From an uncultured Phascolarctobacterium sp. (lineage in GTDB: Bacteria > Bacillota > Negativicutes > Acidaminococcales > Acidaminococcaceae), in contig URXA01000002.1 of assembly GCA_900551745.1 (NCBI GenBank), forward strand, positions 140,855-204,854: a stretch of 64,000 nt of DNA, read 5' to 3'. A model generated the notes under the pieces. It had not been told where the DNA came from. It saw nothing but the letters and a program-made list of their open reading frames with translations, and ran no database searches. Numbering within the stretch: the stretch's first letter is position 1; each line of letters starts with the position of its first letter. Position numbers and translations under genes: made by a program. Shown here piece after piece: positions 61,715-64,000 of this stretch.

Positions 61715-62572
61715 TTATTTCAACCCCTTTGCTGTTTTGATCTGCGCTTCCAGTGCTTCCGCAGTCATGGTATCCACATGGATTTCCATCCCGCGTGCAC
61801 GCAGTTCATCACTGAGTTTGAAAAGCTGCGGCACATCCATGCTTACCGCCAAAAGTTCATTTTTATGATTTTGATAAATTTCAGCAGGACTTCCGTCTAA
61901 AATGACGCGTCCACCGGAAATAACCAGCAGCCGGTTACTGTAACGGGCTGCTTCTTCCATACTGTGCGTAACTAAAATCACAGCCATCCGGCGTTTTTTA
62001 TACAAAGCCATGATTTCTGCGAAAACAGCATCACGCGAACGCGGATCAAGTCCGGCAGAAGGTTCATCCAAAATCAGATAATCAGGGTCCATTGCTATTA
62101 CCCCGGCAATCGCCACGCGGCGCATTTGTCCTCCGGAAAGCTGAAACGGCGAACGGCTGGCAAAGGTTTCAAAATCCAAGCCTACAAATCTCATCGCGTC
62201 TTGGACCTGCTGCTTAACCTCATTTTCCTGCATCCCCTTATTCCGCGGTCCAAAAGCAATATCCTCAAAAACAGTTTCAGCAAAGATCTGATGTTCCGGA
62301 TATTGAAAAACCATACCAACCTGGTGTCTTGCTTTTTTTACGGCTTCACCTTTGCCGCTGATATCCAGTCCGTCAATCGTTACTTTACCTGCCGACGGTT
62401 TTAAAAGACCATTCAGATGCTGAACTAAAGTCGATTTACCGCTGCCGGTATGCCCGATCACAGCCACAAACTCTCCTTTATCCACAGTCAGCGAAACACC
62501 TTGCAGCGCTTTGCGTTCGTAGGGTGTTTTAGCCATATATGTAAATTCTACGTTTTCTAATGTTATCGGCAT
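61715..62572 (-). CDS. ecfA2: ECF transporter ATPase
   Basis: GHTGSGKS, FQYPEHQ, LSGGQMRR, DEPSAG. Confidence 0.94.
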   Translation of the reverse strand: MPITLENVEFTYMAKTPYERKALQGVSLTVDKGEFVAVIGHTGSGKSTLVQHLNGLLKPSAGKVTIDGLDISGKGEAVKKARHQVGMVFQYPEHQIFAETVFEDIAFGPRNKGMQENEVKQQVQDAMRFVGLDFETFASRSPFQLSGGQMRRVAIAGVIAMDPDYLILDEPSAGLDPRSRDAVFAEIMALYKKRRMAVILVTHSMEEAARYSNRLLVISGGRVILDGSPAEIYQNHKNELLAVSMDVPQLFKLSDELRARGMEIHVDTMTAEALEAQIKTAKGLK

Positions 62573-63396
62573 ATGCTTTCAGCCAACTCCTCATTTGTAA
62601 TAATGCCCTGCTGTAAATCCAGCCCGCTTTGCCGCAAATCATCGGCAATTTTAGCAGCTAAAGGCGCTTCTAATCCTAAAGCATATAACTCTCGTACATG
62701 GCTGAACACCTCTTTCGGAGTCCCCTGCATTTTAAGCCTGCCCTCTCCCATAACAATGATTCGGTCAGCCTGCAGCGCTTCTTCCATATAATGAGTTATA
62801 TAAACCACGGTAATGCCTTTTTCCCGGTTCAATTTTTTGACAGTCGTTACTATTTCTTTGCGCCCCTGTGGATCGAGCATAGCCGTCGGTTCATCTAAAA
62901 CAATACACTTGGGCTCCAATGCTAAAACACCTGCGATCGCCACGCGCTGTTTTTGACCGCCTGAAAGCAGATGCGGAGCATGCTTGGCATAATCACTCAT
63001 ACCTACCGCCGCCAGCGCGGCATCCACTCTTGTTCTTATTTCCGCCGTTGGCACACCGATATTTTCCGGTCCAAAGGCAACGTCTTCCTCGACAATTGCC
63101 GCCACGATCTGATTATCAGGATTTTGAAACACCATCCCTACATGCTGGCGGATATTCCAAAGATTTTCTTCTACCGTAGTATCCATACCCTCGATCAGGC
63201 ACACACCTTCACTTGGCCTCTGCAAAGCGTTAAAATGACGTGCTAAAGTACTTTTGCCACTGCCATTGGCACCAATAACAGCAACAAATTCACCTTGTCT
63301 TATTTCTAAATTGATCCTATCCAGAGCTTTTATTTCTTTATTTTCACTGTCGGTATAAACATGTGTTAAATTTTTTACCTCAATTATAGTTTGCAT
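62563..63396 (-). CDS. ecfA1: ECF transporter ATPase
   Basis: GANGSGKS, FQNPDNQ, LSGGQKQR, DEPTAMLD. Confidence 0.94.
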   Translation of the reverse strand: MQTIIEVKNLTHVYTDSENKEIKALDRINLEIRQGEFVAVIGANGSGKSTLARHFNALQRPSEGVCLIEGMDTTVEENLWNIRQHVGMVFQNPDNQIVAAIVEEDVAFGPENIGVPTAEIRTRVDAALAAVGMSDYAKHAPHLLSGGQKQRVAIAGVLALEPKCIVLDEPTAMLDPQGRKEIVTTVKKLNREKGITVVYITHYMEEALQADRIIVMGEGRLKMQGTPKEVFSHVRELYALGLEAPLAAKIADDLRQSGLDLQQGIITNEELAESICR

Positions 63397-63651
63397 GGCA
63401 AACCTCCGCTTAATTCAGTACCTTTATATTATATTATTCCAGCCCAGGTACGTCAACCGCCTCCAGTACACTTGGTTAACTTTACAAAAATAAGACCCGG
63501 AAAATCCGGATCTTAAGTTCAAACTTTCTTATTCTCAAATTCACCGCAGCATCATCTGAGACAAGATTTATTTTTACCTGACTGCAACACCCATAAGCTA
63601 ATGCTGATGTACATATGTATAAAAACGATCTTTCCGAAGGATCATTCAATT

Positions 63652-64000
63652 CTATAATAAAGCAAATTTGTCACTTTCAAAAATTGCTTTCATCTGACAC
63701 AGACAAAAAGGATGCCCCGCAGGATCAAACATCACGCGCCAGCCCTCAGAAAACTGTTCAGCAGCCATTGTTGCTCCGCAGTTAATCGCATGCTGAACTG
63801 CCTTTTCCAAATCATTGACTGCAAAGTCCAGATGCGCCATCTGCTGCTGGACTCCCGGCTCTTCCGGCCAGACAGGCGGACAGTACTCCGGATTTCGCTG
63901 AAAAAGTATTCCCGGATAAGTTCCCTGTGATGTTCCAGGTGCTCCTATACAGGCCCAGTTCTCATCATAAAAAGGTATTTCCCAATTCAGCAGCTCTGCA
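63652..64000 (-). CDS. VOC/glyoxalase family protein (3' part; start beyond window end)
   Basis: Open frame from the window end: AELLNWE...FQRNPEY.PPVWP...QQQMAHLDF.V.DL...WRVMFDPAGHPFCL. Confidence 0.85.
   Translation of the reverse strand, partial: AELLNWEIPFYDENWACIGAPGTSQGTYPGILFQRNPEYCPPVWPEEPGVQQQMAHLDFAVNDLEKAVQHAINCGATMAAEQFSEGWRVMFDPAGHPFCLCQMKAIFESDKFALL

Noticed and set aside
1..64000. CRISPR array, rRNA, tRNA, IS or integrase
   Set aside because: No regularly spaced direct repeats, tRNA/rRNA signatures, or transposase/recombinase ORFs were seen by eye; short RNAs could have been missed.

Overview
Mostly core chromosome of a diderm Firmicute (Negativicutes, probably Phascolarctobacterium/Acidaminococcaceae). 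This is inferred from T-box leaders and Firmicute gene order occurring together with a TonB-dependent receptor. Housekeeping content: pheS (partial), trmH-ktrAB, infC-rpmI-rplT, ferritin, thrS, pstSCAB-phoU-phoBR, speDE, yajQ, glnA, holA-comEC-comEA, leuS, copZA, leuA, rplM-rpsI and ecfA1A2T-truA. Regulatory RNAs include four T-boxes with readable cognate specifier codons and L20/L13 leaders. Two accessory loci stand out. (1) An AT-rich islet at ~42.35-46.4 kb encodes a PHP + ABC-type ATPase fusion (Ppl-like anti-phage protein) translationally coupled to a LexA-type S24 autopeptidase whose N-terminus is not an HTH. (2) A minus-strand cluster at 47.6-52.3 kb runs holin-like protein, frameshifted XRE regulator, two DUF2589-like proteins (one with a clear amphipathic beta-hairpin), a small protein, patatin phospholipase, an exported MBL-fold hydrolase and an amidase. 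It has no phage structural genes and is a candidate holin/amidase-released toxin or effector system. No rRNA, tRNA, CRISPR array, integrase or transposase was recognised. Family calls come from motif recognition by eye, not from database searches.
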